DNA of 64,000 bases from positions 15,750,001-15,814,000 of the forward strand of contig NC_087437.1 in the NCBI RefSeq assembly GCF_036321535.1, given 5' to 3'. This DNA comes from Camelus dromedarius. Lineage: Eukaryota. The notes under the pieces are model-generated. The model searched no databases. It was not told the origin of the DNA and saw only the letters and a program-made list of their open reading frames with translations. Positions 60,645 through 64,000 of the stretch are shown here, piece by piece; position 1 is the stretch's first letter, and each line of letters begins with the position of its first letter. A program made the translations under genes and the position numbers.

Positions 60645-63600
60645 CTGAGTGTTTTTAAATCGGAGTCTTCCCCAGGATAAATGGCCTCTCGCAGCCCCTC
60701 TGGGCTCTTGGGGGCTTCTGGGAAGACCACGCCTGGTGCAGAATCTGCCTTGTCTAGAGGATGAGATGAGGTAGGTGGACTGAGGCTGGTGGTCTGCCTC
60801 GAGATGAGGAGGTCGAGAAGAAGGCAGGACGGGGAACCAGAAGACCGTCGCCAGGGCACGCCTCCCGGGGCGTCCCCGGGTGCCCGAGGTGGCCGCTGCA
60901 CCGTGGCTTCCATGTTCCATGCTACGTGCAGCAGATGTCCCATATGAGGAGTTAGAGTCTGTGTCTGGATAAGGATCAGTGTTGTGTTAAAAAGAAAAAA
61001 AACCTGACTTCAACAATTTTCCACTGTGGCCTGGAGATGTTGTGTGGCCTGGTGCGGTGCCCAGAGTCAGGCTCTGGCTTGTGAGGCACAGCGCTTCCTC
61101 CCACGGAGCCTGGCTCATGATCGGTGCCTAGTGGCTGTTTGCTCATAAAGAACCTTTTATTCAATGAAACTTTTGCCTTCCAGAGAGATGCAGAGGTGAT
61201 TTGGAGAAATTTTTGTGTTCTCCTTGCCTGTGTCTGCACTCAAGCCCAGCCACGCATCCATCATAGAGAGTGGTGTTTCTCAGCCTCTGCGTAAGGAGAT
61301 GTCAGACTGAACAGAATGAAATTTAACTGAGTTAAACTGACAGGGCCTGTTGAACCCAGGAATGTGTGACTGGGCCGTGGAGTTGTCTGTCCCCTGGGGG
61401 GCTCAGCAACAGGATGAGGTTCTCAGCAGAGGGTGGTTCCTGGAAGCCTTCCTGGAGGCAGGGGCGTGTCTTGACGAAGAATTACTAAACAGAAGTTAAA
61501 TATGGATAACAGAGCAATTTTAGTAAACATTTTACTTTTAATGTGTTTATAGTGCTGTTAATTATCTCTCTAAGTGGAGAAAATAGAAATTGTAGCACAT
61601 TGAACAAAGATTGCTGATTAGGATAATAAAATGGAAATTTTAATCAAGATGATAACTTTAAGTCAAAGGAGGTTTTCTCCTAGGCTGTTGGAGCTTTCAT
61701 CTTTATTAAACACCCCATTTATCATCACCACTCCATTCATCGCCAGCATTAGATTAATACTGACAATTTAAAATAGAGATAACTTTTTCTTGCCGCTATG
61801 ATGCTGGTACGGTAATGGTGCTGGGGACTTTGAAGAAGCCATCATGAGCCGTCACGCTTCCCTCCCCTGCTGCAGTCGGCTGCTACTCTCCAACCCAGAC
61901 CTCAAGGCACAAGCCACTCGGGGGGGAGGCTCCTCTCGCCAGAAACTCCTCCATGTCTCGTGTGCTCTTCACTGAGAAAGCAGAAGGCCTTTGGTGGCTT
62001 GAGGTTTTCTCTTCATGGTGGGAGTGTGTCCAGGAGTGTCACCGTCCTCTATTTTTCAATCCAGTACGAGAGCTACTTGTTGAGTATCTGCGAGGTGCTG
62101 TGCAGATGCCAAAAGGGGCAGAATTCAGCCCTGCCCTGTGGAGGCCACACCTGCGCACAAGGCAGGAGACGGGAGTCACAGATGAAGCACCCAGATGTTT
62201 AACAGGGCTGGTCCAATGACCATGCTTTGCGAACTGCTGACTTAGATGAAGAATGCTAAGAATAAGCCAGGAGGGCTGCATGGAGAAGGGTCCTTTGGCC
62301 TCTGCAGGAGGAGGAGGAGAAGTCCTGGAATGTGATAGGGCCAGAGGCGGAGGGGGAAGTTTGGAGGGCAGCTGGCCCAGGGATAAGACTGCAGAGCTTT
62401 TGCAGCTGGCGTGGAGGTGGACAGCAGGTAGACCTGGGAGGGGGCGGGGATGGGGAACTCTGTCTCCATCTCCGGAGATGGGTGAGTGGCACAGGGAGAG
62501 CTGCGGGAACGCGGGAAGGACCCTGCGGGCAGAGCCAGGAGATCGGGGGGTCAGAATCCACTCATGCCAGCTGGACAGCTCCCTCCCGAGATACAGCCTA
62601 GTCTGGACCCCACCACAGAAACCTGTGTCCCTGCCTCCTGTTGGGGTTATTATTGCTGCCTTGCTGGGTGGAGGAGGGGAGGAATGTGCCCCCTGGAGCT
62701 CTGCTCCATGCTCCATGGAGCCCCTACTATGGGGAACGGACCACTGGTTTGGGAAGAGGCCCAACCCTTGCCTGCAGTAAGTCTGCTGAGTCTGGCCTTA
62801 GGGGTTACCCAGCAGCAGGGTGGCCTTGGCCTCTGGGTGCTCTTCGAGGCTGGTAGCAGGCTGCTCCCGGTGGGCTGTGCCTTGCGGCACTGGGGAGGGG
62901 CCAGGGCCCAGGACACCAGCGGGAGCTGCCTCCTCTTTGGAGCCTCTTCGTTCTTCCACCTTTCCCAATCCCCCAGGGCTTCTTAAATGTGCTACATCGT
63001 TTCTTAAAAGGCCCCTTTCTCTGCCTTGATCATAAAATTGCCAAGGAACAATGGCTGTCATTTAAAACAGCAGCATTAAAGCTCCTTCCCGCCAGTTATT
63101 GCAGTTGTCATTGCTGTTCCACATCAAAGCAGCGCGGAGCTCAGGGGCACAGGGAGGAGAGCCTGGCTTCCCTGCTCCCAGGGCCGCAGGGACCAGCCTG
63201 CTGGCTGAGACCTTCTCTGAAGGAGAGGCATCCTCCACGTTGGCCCCTGGAGAGACCGTCCTGGTTTGGGGCCTAGAGAAATGAGGCTGGGAGGCCTCCA
63301 GGGTGTGAGGACTCCTCAGTCTTTTTGGGGGTCCTCTGAACTTGCCCTCACTGACTGCTGTCAGCCAAGGGTGTGCAATAGGAAGTGTGGGGCAGAAAGA
63401 GACCTGTGTCCCAGGCACAGAGGGGAGAAGGGACCCTGAGGCCTGAGGGCTGACTTAGGAGTCCTGGTGCTGGCTCCAGAGGGGTCTGGGAGTTGTGCCT
63501 GAGCAGGAGGGGCAGCCTGCACTGCTTGGTCCATACTGACTGGGATGATGCTTGAGGGGTCATGATGCACCCCATCCCATCCCTGTTCCCCAGAGCACTC

Positions 63601-64000
63601 CTCTGGCGGCCCTATGGGCACGAGGACACAGGCAGTCTCCCCGTGGATGGAGCAGGGCCAGCGGCAGCAGACCCTCTGGCTGGTTGGTGCTGAGCCAGGA
63701 GGGTGTCTGTGTCCTTTCCCTGGGAACAGTCCTGCAGAAGCAGCTGGGAGGGAAGTGGCATCACAGTGGAAGGATGGGCCTTGGCCCAGGTCTGGATTGG
63801 GAGCTGCCTTCCTCCCCTCTTCCCTGATGGACCGTTGCCCTGTTTGCTCCTGGCTGAAGTCCTGAATGTGTTTGGGACAAAAGGTGCTGGTTCTGTGTCA
63901 CTCCAGGCTGGGTCCAGGGAGGAAAGCAAGAGGCACTGGGCCCCCCAGGACTGGGCAGGCCTTGTCTGGAAGGAAGAACCCCTGCTTCAGGGAGACGGCC

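Larger units (their letters stand above)
14406..64000 (+). other. EPHB1: EPHB1 intron 1 (continues beyond the window)
   Basis: GT donor at 14406. I saw no sequence encoding the expected exon 2 peptide (ETLMDTRTATAELGW...). EPHB1 intron 1 is known to be very long in mammals. Confidence 0.85.

Noticed and set aside
1..64000. CRISPR array, operon or other prokaryote-type system
   Set aside because: No regularly spaced repeats or dense coding regions; the window is mammalian intergenic and intronic DNA.

Overview
This is mammalian genomic DNA, most likely from a camelid, judging by a tRNA-derived Vic-1-like SINE and artiodactyl-type L1 3' ends. It contains the 5' end of the ephrin receptor gene EPHB1 on the + strand. 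Visible parts are a CpG-island promoter with two inverted CCAAT boxes and an initiator near 13980, a GC/CA-rich 5' UTR, and coding exon 1 (14348-14405, MALDCLLLLLLATAVAAME, phase-1 GT donor). The rest of the window (about 50 kb) is intron 1; I did not find exon 2. The upstream 14 kb holds a near-full-length ancient antisense L1 with nested insertions (MLT1, a U6-L1 chimeric retrocopy, a young L1 3' end, a SINE) and a sense solo ERV LTR. The intron is ordinary repeat-rich DNA (L1, L2, MIR, MLT1, CR1, hAT MITEs) with a few motif-dense non-repetitive islands. I see no convincing new biological system. The best leads are the uORF layout of the EPHB1 leader, the U6-L1 chimera, a local 236-bp duplication, a MER53/miR-1302-like hairpin and candidate neural enhancers. 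Repeat family names come from recalled consensus sequences, not a database search, and boundaries of old repeats are approximate. Almost all ORFs in the supplied track are spurious.
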